Positions 36,382 to 49,357 of a DNA stretch of 64,000 nt are shown here, piece by piece (the stretch's first letter is position 1; each line of letters begins with the position of its first letter). Source of the DNA: Podarcis tiliguerta (Eukaryota). The position numbers and the translations under genes were made by a program. The stretch lies in NCBI GenBank assembly GCA_965153285.1, contig OZ229113.1; one strand, written 5' to 3'. Under the pieces are notes generated by a model. That model had not been told where the DNA came from and did no database searches. It saw only the letters and a program-made list of their open reading frames with translations.

Positions 36382-36636
36382 GAAGAGAAGAAGAAGAGTT
36401 TGGATTTGATATCCCGCTTTATCACTACCCAAAGGAGTCTCAAAGCGGCTAACATTCTCCTTTCCCTTCCTCCCCCACAACAAACACTCTGTAAGATGAG
36501 TGAGGCTGAGAGACTTCAAAGAAGTGTGACTGGCCCAAGGTCACCCAGCAGCTGCATGGGGAGGAGCAGGGAAGCGAACCCGGTTCACCAGATTACGAGT
36601 CTACCGCTCTTAACCACTACACCACACTGGCTCTCT
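36382..36636 (-). mobile_element. Squam3-like SINE, second copy
   Basis: Near-identical to 32138-32394. Confidence 0.88.
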
Positions 36637-36779
36637 CGCAACACTAGTTGACTGTTGCAGAGAAACCAGACTCTAAGGACTAACGAAGCTTAGCTGCAAG
36701 CAAGAAGGCTGAAAGATACACTGCCAATGGACTAGGGTGAGCTGGAGGAAATTGCTTTGTTGAGAGGGCTTGGCTACAG

Positions 36780-36885
36780 CAGTCAGCAAACTTTTTCAGG
36801 AGGGCCATCTGCGACAGTCCGCGGGCCGGATTTAGAAGGTGATTGGGGTGTATCCAGCCCCCAGGCCTTAGTTTGCCTACCCATG
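36780..36885. mobile_element. Internally deleted copy of the 4444-4701 hAT MITE, opposite orientation
   Basis: Ends cagtcagcaaactttttcag / ccttagtttgcctacccatg; TSD ggctacag (36772-36779) / ggctaaag (36886-36893). Confidence 0.8.
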
Positions 36886-38638
36886 GGCTAAAGTAAGGAA
36901 ATGGTCTAGACAAAGTGGCTGGCTTTTTCCATGTTATTTTCATATACTAATTGCTCTTATGGTTAACAGCAAAAACCATTTTGAAACTTGTTTCCTCACT
37001 GGATAGATATTTACAATATAAATATATTTCTGACTGTTTTCTTGCTGCTTTTCAAAACCTTTAGTTAAAATCAATTTTTTTTCTTGGCTTAACCTAGGTC
37101 TGATGCTGTGATTTTCACTCCCTGTTTGATGGCCTTAATATCCTACCAATTCTGGTGGGCACCAGAAAAATAAAGATGTCCATTTGATGGCAGTTCTGAT
37201 GATTAAGTTAGTCAATTTTCTCCCCTCTTCTCCCGTTCACAGTGTAGAAGACAGCCCATGTCATGAGGCATAAATATTTAGAGCCAGAGACTTTTTATGT
37301 AATGCCGGAACTGAGAATACTGCATGATTGGATGTGAAACAAGTTTTAGCTAGAGTTTATTGTGACGATACATGTTACTGTGTATTTAAGATTAATAGAT
37401 CTTAAGAGCAAGCCTATTAGCTTTGTTGGCTACAGAAGATGGATGTTGTACAGATGTGTGTGTGTGTGTGTGTGTGTGTGAGCGTGCGCGCTTTATTAAC
37501 AAAGTATCTGTTTTAAATTATTACACTGAACTTGGAACTTCATATAGAAGACAACACATCTGTATTATCAGATTTCTACAGAAATCCACTGGTCATGATT
37601 AGCAAATTAAGTTCCTCTATGGGACTTCATCAATGCTCAGTTTATTCAGTTTATGGCTGATGTCTAGGCCCTTTAGTTTAAGCAAACCACGGATCTGGCT
37701 GCAATGGTTTTGTTTATGGTGTGTTCTCATTCTCTATCACGATAATCTCAACCTGCAGCAATCACGGCAGTTAATTTTTCATAGATTATTCTTAGCCATT
37801 CATTTTTAAAATGAGCCCTGGATGCAGGCTTCCCTTCACAAAAATTATTTCACACTGCGTCTTATCTTTGATCTTTTATTCAGCTGAGCTGGTAGGGTGC
37901 TTTCTTTTGAGTTCTAAAGCAATGCCTTTTTTGTTTTGTTCTTTGCTTCTGGGGACTTTGCTGTCGTTCTTTTGCAATTCTCTTCATTATCAGAAACTCT
38001 CTCTTATCCTTAAATTACTTGCATATCTGAAGTGTCTGAACACAAGTACAGTACAGTGTGGTTATCATTCGCCATACCCCAGCTGCCAATATGTGAATAA
38101 ATAGACTTTATGAAATTAATTAAGTCCACAGACAACCTGAGATGAAAAGTTACTTCAGAATATTCAGGTAGATGGTGGGCCAAAAAAGGGGGCTAATTGA
38201 GCACTTTAAATAAAATATGTGGTACAGTCTTTTGGAACTGTACCAGTGCAAAATGTAGGAGGGAAACATGTTTCAATGCTCCCAACATCAAAGTCTAGTC
38301 TCATTAGTTGTATGCTATTAGTGGCTCTAGATGGGATTCTTCACCCATCAAGTTCTAATAATATCAGATGAACATGATGGTGGACATCCCTGGATGTGTG
38401 CATGAATCTCCCTTGCTTGACCAGAAGAAACAGCATTCAACCAAGGAGAAACTAGTTTAAATTTTGCCCCTAATCATGGATTGCTTGCAAAAGGATTTTA
38501 TTGCCACTAGCTCTCACAAGATCACACACCTTGTTTTATCGTTACCCATTAGAAAACTGAGAAGATAGCATAATGCTGTCAGCAGGTTAACCTGCAGAAA
38601 CCTCAGCTATACAAACCTTGTGTATATATAGCTTAGAT

Positions 38639-38759
38639 CAGCATCCCCCAATCTGGTACTCTCCAGATATTTTGGGCCACAACTCTCATCCACCTAGCTA
38701 GCATGGCCGATAGTCAGGAGTGATGGGATATCTGAGAGGCACCAGGTTTGGGGAGGCTG
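38639..38759. mobile_element. Short hAT MITE (ACAACTCCCATC family)
   Basis: cagcatccccaatctggt...ccagat...acaactctcatc...gatggg...atctg...accaggtttggggaggctg. Relatives at ~49975-50140, 52406-52540, 61966-62095 and 62779-62910. Confidence 0.7.
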
Positions 38760-40107
38760 GCTCATATATTTAAAAATCCCTTAACCGGGGAGCTGGAAAA
38801 AAGTTCAGTACAATATGGAAGATGCTACATCCTTATTTTCCCCTAGCCATAATGCCTACAAGCCAAGTGGGATGGAGCCCAGCTATATCTGAACAAAGTA
38901 AATACATCCAGGAGCCTCTCCTGTAGAGGCCAGATCTTAAGAAACTTCTTGCTCAACAATAATTTAAGTCTTTCTGAGTAAACAGGGAGATTACTGTCAA
39001 TGGCTTGCCCTTTTGTCTGCTCAGCTCTGTGCTACAGTGTAGAGTATACTCTACACTGGGAATACTCTACACTACAGCCCTCCAGTATCTGCTACAGGAT
39101 GGCTGCCCACCTTGTTCCACCATATTTTATCAGGTGATCCACCTTTGGGTAGATTCCACAGCTTTTTTTGTTTCAGCATGCCATCTGGCCATGGGATTAA
39201 ATTTTTCCTCTGGCTATGTGCGTTATCTTCTTCTCATTTATCCACCCCATCATTTGACATTGACACGATGCACAAGAAGATTACACTTCCACGTATGATT
39301 TACCTTCATCACTGACATCCTTTTCAAATAGCTGCAGAATAACGGGATATTCTGTGTACTTCCACCAATCAATTCCTACTTGCTAAATAAATTTCCGTCC
39401 AGTGTATATCTTTACAAAACAAATCACTGAGTATTTTAACCTCCCCAACCCCACCGCCTTGTCTGTCTTAAAGGGGGGTGGGAATCAGCTTTCTTCTTTG
39501 AGTTCACACCTAAAACAAAAACAAAAAAACCCACAATTTGTTTAGAGAACAGACATCTGATCCAGCCTGGTGTATGGTAATGGTTTACTGGAGCTTTACA
39601 GTCTCATTTTTTACAATGAACAGAAACGAAGTGTCAGTTAAGTGCCATAAGGCAGCACAAAAATGACTTCAGGATGCTGGTGAATGATGGGCAAGGATAT
39701 TAGCACATGCAGTATTTTCTCCCCAGGAGTACATGAAGTGACAGTGGCAGACAACATCTGAAATGCTAAAGGCACAATTCAAAGTTTGTCCTAAAACTAT
39801 GTAGAATTGTCTGAAGCATACAGCAAATAAACAGCTTGACCTTTCACCTGACCCTCCCACTACAGAAGACCAGATACGTTGGAGGGGGAGGGAAAACCCT
39901 ATTTTGCTAGGATTGCCACAGCATTTTGGTTTTCTATATTTTTGTGTTACAAATTATGAAAATGAGACATTGCCATAGTCCACTCATGACCATATAAAAA
40001 GTGGTAGTCTGTCCTACCATAAAGAGAATTATTGCCACCTATTATGAGTGGGCTTGTTGGTTAGCCAAGCAAAGTGAGACTTCAGTTTTGATATCCAAAT
40101 GCAGATA

Positions 40108-40370
40108 CAGTGGTACCTCACAAGACGAATGCCTCGGAAGACGAAAAACTCGCAAGACGAAATAGTTTTTCATTTTCTGAGTTGCTTCGCAAGACGGATT
40201 TTCCTATGGGCTTGCTTCGCAAGACGAAACGTCTTGCGCCTTTTTTTAAAAACCGCCAATGCATTCCTATGGGAAACCGTCAATACACAGCAGTGCTTCG
40301 CAAGACGAAAAAACTCGTAGAACAAAAAAACTCGCAGAATGAATTAATTTCGTCTTGCAAGGTACCACTG
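40108..40370. mobile_element. Tigger-like MITE, family B (GCAAGACGAA repeats)
   Basis: TA|cagtggtacctcacaagacgaa ... ttcgtcttgcaaggtaccactg|TA. Confidence 0.9.
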
Positions 40371-40789
40371 TATCATTGCACTACACTGCATTACTCGTAG
40401 ATGGGTATCCCAGGGTGAACTTTGGCAGCAAAAACACCCCCCCTGAAAATTCCATGCAGCACAAATTCACACAGCCACCTGTTTTTCTAATCCATCCTAT
40501 TTCCACTTAGTTAATTAATGGACTTCAGAGACTCCTGTCTATTAATTTCAGTGAGTTCACCCTGGGTAGAATTTGCATTGGATGCATTTAGTATTGCAAA
40601 TTTGATTACCAACTAAACCCCACATCCATTTTCAAAGCAGGATGATAATGTCAAGTTGAATAAAATTGGTTTGCATGTCAAATAATTACTTTACCCATCT
40701 CCCATTCTCAAGTGAGTCACAAAAATGTAACATTCTATACTGCAATATGGGCAATGGAAGATAATATACTCCACTGTTGAAATAATTGC

Positions 40790-41195
40790 CCTGGCTGCCA
40801 GTTAGTTACTAGGCTGAGTAAAAGATGCTGGTTTCGGTGTATAAAGCCTTATACAGCTTGGCACCAGAATACCTGAAAGATCACCCCTTACATACCCAAT
40901 CAATTACTGACCGCTCTCTGCAAGTGAAGGCCTCCTGTAGATACCATCTTATCAGAAGGTCAGTTCCGCATAAGAATTCACTATCCTTGAATATTAGAGA
41001 CGAACTGTCTCTGCTGTCTCTTTGGAGTTTACTGAAGACTTCCAACTATTGTGCTGACTTTCAACAAGCCTTTTGAGATCTTGCCCAGTCTGCATCTGTA
41101 TTGAAATTGTTTTGTAAATATGTTTTATTGTTTGTTGTTTGCCATCCTGGTTCCTTTAGGAGGAGGGGGCGGAGAGGAATATAAATTAAATAAAT
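40790..41195 (+). mobile_element. Old L2 3' fragment
   Basis: WLPVSY...MLVSVYKALYSLAPEYLKDHP...FQQAF, then a tail ending in ataaattaaataaat. Confidence 0.7.
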
Positions 41196-41861
41196 ATGAA
41201 TATATGTGTTTGTAGTGCAACTCTATATTTGAGCTTTAAACATCAGGTCAGCCCTCTCTGCTTGTTTCCAGGTGGAGGAAGGAAGATACATAGTAATGTA
41301 ACATATGCTTTAAAGATTTGAAAAAGCAAGATGAGTGTTGTTGGTGCTCTTCTTTTGGGTTTTAAACGCCAGCTTAACTCCACACACTCACCCAGAAAGG
41401 ATGTCCATGACAAATAGTTTGACAGCTGTAAATGGGAAAAGAATCTATGAATTTTAGTAAACCACAAGCCAAACATGAATCAGCAGCATGGTGCAGTGAC
41501 TAAGGCTTAGGTTGCATCGACAGATGTATAGGACAGGATTCAACTAAGCAGTGCAGGAGAGGGAGCCAGCATAACGAATCCTGCCAGAGCAATGGGGATG
41601 CAAATGGGGAGGGGGGAAGGGTGAGAAGAAGAAATAATTTTAAAAGGTAGCCGTCCAATCACATTGTGAATGTAAGGTTCATTTGAATGTTTAAGAATCT
41701 GCATGTGCATGTAAAAAGGCATTGGTCCTGTGCTAAAATGACATGAGCCCAATTTAGACCAGTCAGCCCTTTAGTGGGCAATTTTGCACATAGCTAACTC
41801 TGGTGTGCGACAGGTATAAGTGCGGAACATCTACACCTAGCAACAAGACTTGCCTTGTCTA

Positions 41862-42294
41862 TTAACACCGGTTCTGAGAGATCTGCATTGGTTCCCAGTA
41901 CGTTTCTGAGCACGATTCAAAGTGTTGGTGCGGACCTTTAAAGCCCTAAACAGCCTCGGCCCAGTATACCTGAAGGAGCATCTCCACCCCCATCGTTCAG
42001 CCCGGACACTGAGATCCAGCGCCGAGGGCCTTCTGGCGGTTCCCTCATTGCCAGAAGTGAGGCTACAGGGGGAACCAGACAGAGGGCCTTCTCGGTAGTG
42101 GCGCCTGCCCTGTGGAACGCCCTCCCATCAGATGTGAAAGAGATAAACAACTACCTGATATTCAGAAGACATCTTAAGGCAGCTCTGTTCAGGGAAGTTT
42201 TTAATATTTAACGCTGTACTTTTTTAACACTTGATTGGGAGCCGCCCAGAGTGGCTGGGAAAACTCAGCCAGATGGGCGGGGTATAAATAAATT

Positions 42295-42325
<31 letters not shown>
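41862..42325 (+). mobile_element. Young L2 LINE 3' end with (GAT)n tail
   Basis: LTPVLRDLHWFPVRF*ARFKVLVRTFKALNSLGPVYLKEHL...RAFSVVAPALWNALPSDVKEINNYLIFRRHLKAALFREVF; conserved 3' stem-loop. Confidence 0.92.
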
Positions 42326-42326
<1 letters not shown>

Positions 42327-43269
42327 TCAGAGGCTGAAAGAACAGCAACTTCCCCAATGTTCTTAAGAGTGTCATTTGAATTTCATGGTCCTGTTTAATT
42401 GGTGTCTTTGTGTGTGTGGCATATTAGAACTTTTACTCTAGGAGGTCACAGGCATATTTCATTTCCAGAATAGCATCGCAACAGTTGATGGTTTCAAATA
42501 ACCAAGCTACAAGATCTGAGGCTTAGGGAAACCTCTGAAGAGCACAAGACTCCAAAATCATAAGACTTGGCAGGAAATGACATTTTCAGTGGGCACCCGC
42601 CCAACTACTCCAGCTAATTAATGTTTAAATGTGACATTATTCAGTTATGTATTTTTCTCTCCATCCGTATTCCTTAGTGCAGAAAACCTGATTTTTAGAG
42701 GATTGCTATTTCCTGAAATGTGCCCCCCCCCAATCGCCTTCTCAGGAAACACAGGATGCATTCAAATCATAACATTACTTTTATAAGTGTTTCCAAGTCC
42801 TAGATTTCCTGTAGAATGTAATCGCTGAAACACTTGTCCTTGTTCTGCGCTCCTACACTCCTTGCTGAATGGAAGTAGGTAATTGCTTTTCATATTGCCT
42901 GGAGTAGCACCTGGTGCAATTATTGGTGAAGCTTTAGCTTCACCCATTGCCCTGCACCATGTGCAGAGAGCGGATATCTGTGGCATGGCTCTCCATTGTT
43001 GTTCTGCACTGGGAACTGGAGAGCACAGGTGATAGAACTGAACGAGAACATTCTGTACAAAGGCAAACGTAAGTACAAGATGCTATACCGAGGCAAGTGT
43101 CAGAACACAACATCAAAATGGAAGAAAAGCTCTGCCAGCACCGGAAGTAGCACGCAGCCAACAAAGGCTGGCAGCCACTGATAGCTTTATCCTTCATGAA
43201 ATTGTCTAGGAGCCGTCACATAGTGTAACTATGCACTGGTTAATAAGTGATTCTTGTCTGTCTGGCCCA

Positions 43270-43426
43270 TTATTCAACTTCAATGAATGACCCTGGGTTC
43301 TAGCTTTTTGAGAGAGAAAGGGAGAGTCTCTAGACCATGAATACTTTTATAACTTATCTATCATATTCCTGGAGTTGCCATATTCAAAAAGTAAAAGCCA
43401 GGACACCCCAAAAGTTATTAAGCTTT

Positions 43427-43466
<40 letters not shown>

Positions 43467-43700
43467 ACAAAAATGCCTAAAAACTAGGGAATTCCAGAAG
43501 ACATATGGCAGCCCTACATATTCCTATTTACTGGACTTTCTCTAAACTAAAAAGATGCCCCAACTCAGTAAAACTTCCCTCATAGAGAAATGGTTGAAGT
43601 TCCATTATCTGAAAATTGCCCTTTTCTGAAAATTGTATAGCTCTAAAATAGCTCTTTTTAAAGGTGCAGCAACCAGAACTATGCACAGTATTTCAAGTGT
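43270..43700 (-). mobile_element. Old CR1 ORF2 C-terminal fragment
   Basis: Minus strand reads PHLKYCA*FWLLHL...; ctctaaactaaaaag is the reverse of the LFSLEK motif. Confidence 0.7.
43370..43516. mobile_element. hAT-Tip100-like MITE containing a (TTTC)n tract, inserted in CR1
   Basis: Ends tggagttgccata / tatggcagcccta; perfect 8-bp TSD catattcc (43362-43369 / 43517-43524). Confidence 0.85.
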
Positions 43701-46700
43701 GGAGGAGACCAGCACATCCTTCTAGAGTAAGTCTTTACCACTCTCTTCAACAATCACCTACAATCATTAGTGAACTCCAGGCCTGAAGAAATGTTGCATA
43801 ATTTCTTCTCCCCTTGGATAAATTCATGGAAATACTCCCCATAGTTTCTCTGCCCACAAATAGGATGGAAACTATTGAGAGGCCATTTGCACACAGCATA
43901 CTTCATTTTAAAATAAAATGTATCTCCCCAAGTTTCTGAGTTACTTTATTCCATTGTTATGAGAACTTCTTCAGAGGAGTTAATTCAGAGGACTCACAAT
44001 ATTTCACTAAAAGGCCCACTTCAAAATGGGGCCATGTTTCCTTCCCATCCTACATGTTTTGCTATTACCTCAGACTCCAGACTTCTTCAGATACTTAACG
44101 ATAAGGTTCAAAACAGTAATTTCAACCAACAAATAAGAACTTGGAAGCTTAGGGAGTTAAGAGGGATTTTTTCATCTCAACGTGTCTCTCTGATCTAATT
44201 TTAGATAGCAGGAAATATGACAACTTTAGCCACTAATTAGAATTACGCATTGGAAATTATTTGTAGCAATCCCCCAAGCTTATTACAACAAAGAGACACT
44301 GATAACACTGCCAACGTAAACATGTCGGAGATAATTTGAGGGAGAGAACTATGAACACTGTGAAATGCTGTCTTGGGCAAATGTTTGAAGCACATCAGAC
44401 CACATGACCAGTTATTTTAGCAAATTCAATATTTCTTCAGCGACATTGAAAGAGCCAGATGTTTTTGTGGCTTGCCAGGTCTCTCTCTGTGTGTGCGTGT
44501 GTGTGTGTTTGTATGCTATAAGCTGCTAAAACTTTCTGAAGCATTATTTGAAGTAAGTTGATAATTAAATTTCAATTCTCATTTGTTCTTGGAACTAGCT
44601 CAACAAGCACTTGTGGTGCTACACTCTGCTGAATTCTGATTATATTCATTTGGGATTACAGACTAATTTGTGCTAAAAGATTTTGTTTGTTCTCTAAGAA
44701 AATGAAATACTGTTTCAAAATAATGACAAAGTGGCCTTGTATCCTGTGCTTCTTATGCACATGGGTTTTGAACCAAGGTGGAAATAGAATTCTAGGCCAA
44801 TATTTTCTTTCTACTGTAGTTGGTCACTTGGAGTCATTTAATCGGTTCTCTGTGCTCCACAATGCTGCACAGTTACCAATACAAGGGCTGTTGCCTGTGG
44901 GCATCACCTCTCATCCACCTCTGTTGTTTGACTTTTTAATCTGCTCAGTTGTTGGAGTAATTATGCCTTGGAATGTTAAGGAATCTGGAATGTCAAAGGA
45001 AGGTTGAGTGGTTTAGTCCAGAGAATTGAACTCTGTGACCTACCAAGCCCATGCTTGTCTGAGACTTAACATGCTTTCTGTTCTTTCTGGGAACTGTAGA
45101 CTGAAGATGGCCATGCAGGTTTCTGGCTTGACCTCTTTTGTGCCTTTAAATCTACATCATTACCAGGATAGCTGTCTCATTTACACGGGGCCACCACTCA
45201 ATTTGTTCTGTTCAACCCAAGCAAATCTAAAGGGTAGGGGGCATAGGGACTGGATTTTGTGAAGTCTAACCAGAATCGACCTGATTGGCACCTCCCAGAT
45301 GTTACTATCTCTTGAAATTTGCACTTTTCCAAATGTTGGCGAACTCATCCGGATGGGTGGGGTATCATCATCATCATCATCATCATCAGTGCATTTCTCC
45401 GCGCAAAAACTTGTTGAGATGCATTTAAAAGTGCATCCTGAGATAAAATATGAGTTGAGCAGTGTAATTTGAGAGAAGATTTTAAACCATGTTTTTGAAT
45501 GCATTTGAGTGGAATTTTCATGCAGATTAAAATTAATACAAAATTAGTAGCCCTCTCCCATCCTTCATACTATGTCATTATGTATACCACATCATTATAT
45601 ACAAACACAGCCCCAAAATGTCAGACTTAAAGTATGGGCAAAACTAGCCTTTATTTGACCCGGGTCAAAGACCCAGTCTGGCAACCTTCCATGCACATTT
45701 GCATACTCGCAGACACAGGCTGGGAGCCTCAATAGAGCCCCTCTGGAGGCTTCACCTGGGGCAAAAAACAAACTAACCAGTTAGCCCCCGCCCATAGCTA
45801 GGGCACTGTTAAAAGCTCCACTTTTTCTAGATGAGACCAATCCCTTCACTGAGATCCCAACTCTACCTCCAAAATAAAAGGGGGAGGAGCATGATGATCA
45901 CATGGGGACTTCAGACAACCCTCCCTCCCTCAACTGAAAGGGACCCTCTAGAGACCCATATTCAGGACAAAAGAAGGACACCCCCCATTCCTGGGTGTCT
46001 CTAGATAGCAAAGCACAACATTTTTCTTTCTAGATAGCACAGCATTCTACCATGATGGTGCTAAAGGCAGCACAATAGCCACACACAGCAAAAGTAATCT
46101 CAGGGCAGATGGTATTAGTTTGTCATTAGTCCCCACAAGCTTATGAGTGACCACATGTGAAAGTGACATGAACTAGACATAGACTAATTTGTCCATCCCT
46201 AATGCTTTGCCTCTCTTATCTTTTGTGGTTTTCTCTGCTCTGTCGGTATAAGATGGCAGTTCTGACCTTCAGAGACTGAACAATGTAACACAGCTAACAT
46301 TCTGTACCTGAGGCCTCGGGGATATGGAAAGAGGTATTCAGCCTGTGCACTACATCTGAACTCTGATAAAAGAACCAAAATGAAAGACGGCCAGCAGGAC
46401 CTCCAAGTATCAGCTGACCCTGAACAAGAAAGGGAATACTGTGACAAGAGCTACTTGGAGGATGGAAGGAGAAGGTTTACTGAGATCGGGTTAATCATTT
46501 GCTTATTCTACTCAGCTTGAACTTTCCAATCTCAAAGAAATGTTATTTAGAGTTATTTATTTTGCCATCCCACATATAGCAGGTTGCAGATACACTGTAC
46601 AAATCGAATATGCTCCACATCAGTGCAGAAATTTGGGGATGCTAAACTCTGCTTCCTTTGGGGAATGGGTCGTGCTGGAAACAGCCTGCAAGCCCATTCA

Positions 46701-46896
46701 CTCAATCTCTTGTGATATGTTTGGGCAGGCTTTGCATCATGCCACTGCAGGTACTAACTTGACAAGGCCAACTGTACAGCACAGCCAGCCCCAATTCTAT
46801 CAGATAAAGATAGCAAAAGCAGGACAAAGAGGAGTCGGCCAAAACGATGCAGAAGTTCTGGCTCCTGTACAAGCTTTGAGCAAAACATGGATTTAT

Positions 46897-47198
46897 GGAA
46901 GGTCGGCGGTTCGAATCCCCACGGCGAGGTGAGCTCCCGTTGCTCAGTCCCTGCTCCTGCCAACCTAGCATTTTGAAACCACGTCAAGTAGTAGATAAAT
47001 AGATACCACTCCGGCGGGAAGGTAAACGCCGTTTCCATGCACTGCTCTGGTTCGCCAGAAGCGGCTTAGTCATGCTGGCCACATGACCCGGAAGCTGTAC
47101 GCCAGCTCCCTTGGCCAATAAAGCGAGATGAGCGCCGCAACCCCAGAGTCATCCACGACTGGACCTAACAGTCAGGGGTCCCTTTACCTTTACCTTTA
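46897..47198 (+). mobile_element. 5'-truncated Sauria SINE
   Basis: Starts just before B box ggttcgaatcc; ends ggggtccctttacctttaccttta. Confidence 0.9.
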
Positions 47199-48508
47199 TA
47201 AATCTCATAACACCTCTGGATTGGCTTTGGCAATGTTTTCCTGTGCCCCCTTTCTCCCCTACCCCTGAAGGGTATAAGTCACAGATAGAACAAGTAGATG
47301 CAGAGCCAGCCCAGAGAGTCACCTTAGTTCTCCTCCTCCTGTATATCTCTATGAGCTCAGCACAATTTAGGAAGATACTTTTACAAAGGAATGCTTGGCT
47401 GCTGCTCAAGATCAGGGCCTGAGCATTCCATTTGGTGCATCAGCGCGACTAATGTGATGCTATGTGACCAAACACAAACACCCCAATGATGTGCTGTCAT
47501 CCCAGCAGAGCTTTGTGCTTTCACAGTCCTTGGGATCTGAAAGGCAGCTGTTAAGCACCACAGCCTGTGGAGAATGATAAGCTTAAAGCCCTCATTTATT
47601 ACAATCTCCATTGAAATCAGTTCTGTCCCTAGTGTAGTGCCCGGGCCATGCTGCTGCATTTTCTGAGCTGCCAGATAGGAAACTTGGCAAATGCAAAATC
47701 CCTCCTCCATTAAGATCCTTATCAGGATCACACATTTGAAAGATGAGGCACAGACAATTTGCGAGCTACACACATTTTGTGCCGAGCACTCAGAAGCAGC
47801 AGGAGCTTAGAAAACTGCTGTTGCCAAGGGACTTTGGGCCAAAAAAAGTAAATGACTTGACTTGAGAGAATCCTTAAGAAAGTCCTTGAATCACTTTAAA
47901 ATTGTGGTGCCTGTCTAAGCAATCTAAGCACAAAAGTATTACAGTCTTTGGAGCACAAAATCAAAAGATAATGGATATATTTAAATGCTCTCTATAGATC
48001 TTCAGTGCTTATACTAATCCCAAGGATTTTTTTTTTAAAATAAAGAATTAGAATAGGGTATGCTCAAGGACTGATGCTGTTGAATTCTGCCTCTTAAGCA
48101 ATTGAATTAATGTGGTTATACTTACACTTTAATAATAATTACCCATGGGTGATAAGGAAAACTTTAAAGTCTATTAATATGCACACACACAGTAATACAC
48201 ACACACACACATCCAGGTCCTGCTATCTGAACACAATGCATTCTCAGGAAATTCTGTATTAGGTAAGTGTTTGCATAATGAGTCAGCAACTTCCATTGAT
48301 TCCTATGGGAAGATTTCTAATGCGTTCCTAAGGAATGTTGACCGCTAAATGTGTTTGGTGTCACCTCAGGCAAATCCTGATTCTGGAAGGGAACTAGATG
48401 GAGAAAAGCTTTTGAGGGGAAACCATTGCCATACCAGCTCATCCTGCTCCATACTTGTGTGTGTGGTTTGGCCAGCTGTGGAGAAAAGTCCCAAGTTTGT
48501 GCAAAGGG

Positions 48509-49042
48509 ACACAGCAAGCTGTCTTATACTGAGTCAGACCATCAGACAATCTAGCTCAATATTGTCTATGCTGACTGGCATCACTCCAAGGTTTCAGACA
48601 GGGAGTCACTCCTAGCCCTACATAGAAATGCCAGAAACTGAACCTGGGACTTTCTGGTGCAAAGGCCTTGGTCCTGTATACCTGAAGGAGCGTCTCCACC
48701 CCCAACATCCAGCCCAGACACTGAGGTCCAGCACCAAGGACCTTCTGGCAGCTCCCTCGATGTGAGAAGTGAGGTTACAGGGAACCAGGCAGAGGGCCTT
48801 CTCGGTAGTGGCGCCTGCCCTGTGGAACGCCCTCCCAGCAGATGTCAAGGCAATAAACAACTATTTTACTTTTAAAAGACACCTGTTTAGGGAAGTTTTT
48901 AATGTCTGATGCTGTATTGTTGCTGATATTTGGTTGGAAGCTGCACAGAGTGGCTGGGGAGACCGAGTCAGATGGGCAGGGTATAAATAATAGATGATGA
49001 TGATGATGATTATGCTCTGTCACTGAGCTATGGCCCATCTCC
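48509..49042 (-). mobile_element. tRNA-derived SINE (Squam2-like) split by an L2 insertion
   Basis: Minus-strand head GGGCCATAGCTCAGTGACAGAGCAT (49012-49036) continues at CTTTGCACCAGAAAGTCCCAGGTTCAG (48664 downwards) to ...GGTCTGACTCAGTATAAGACAGC. Relatives at ~34070-34220 and ~62380-62560. Confidence 0.7.
48664..49010 (+). mobile_element. Young L2 3' end with (GAT)n tail
   Basis: GLGPVYLKERLHP...RAFSVVAPALWNALPADVK; same family as 41862-42325. Confidence 0.9.
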
Positions 49043-49232
49043 ATAAGAATGCATTTTAAAAAATAAACTCCATGTTTACCTTTCTGGTAAATAGGGGCAG
49101 TTAGAGCATATGTGCTGGAGTCAGATTTGCCTTTGAATTTATTGGAACTATTTTAAAGAGAAAACTGCAAGAGAAATTTAACGGCACTTTTGTGCCTGTC
49201 CTAGTTCACCATTTGTTGGCATGGGTTGATAT

Positions 49233-49357
49233 CAGGACTTTTTTCAGACGGAACTCGGTTCCGGCACTTCTCAGGTGGGCGACATTGCCATTGTAAGAGA
49301 ACAAGGGATGTGCTCCTGGTGAGTTCTGGTACCTCTTTTTCTAGAAAAATAGCACTG
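49233..49357. mobile_element. Short hAT MITE
   Basis: Ends caggactttttt / aaaaatagcactg; perfect 8-bp TSD gttgatat (49225-49232 / 49358-49365). Confidence 0.85.

Noticed and set aside
40108-40370. CRISPR-like spaced repeats (gcaagacgaa)
   Set aside because: Short, irregularly spaced subterminal motifs inside a TA-flanked MITE in a vertebrate genome; no cas genes.
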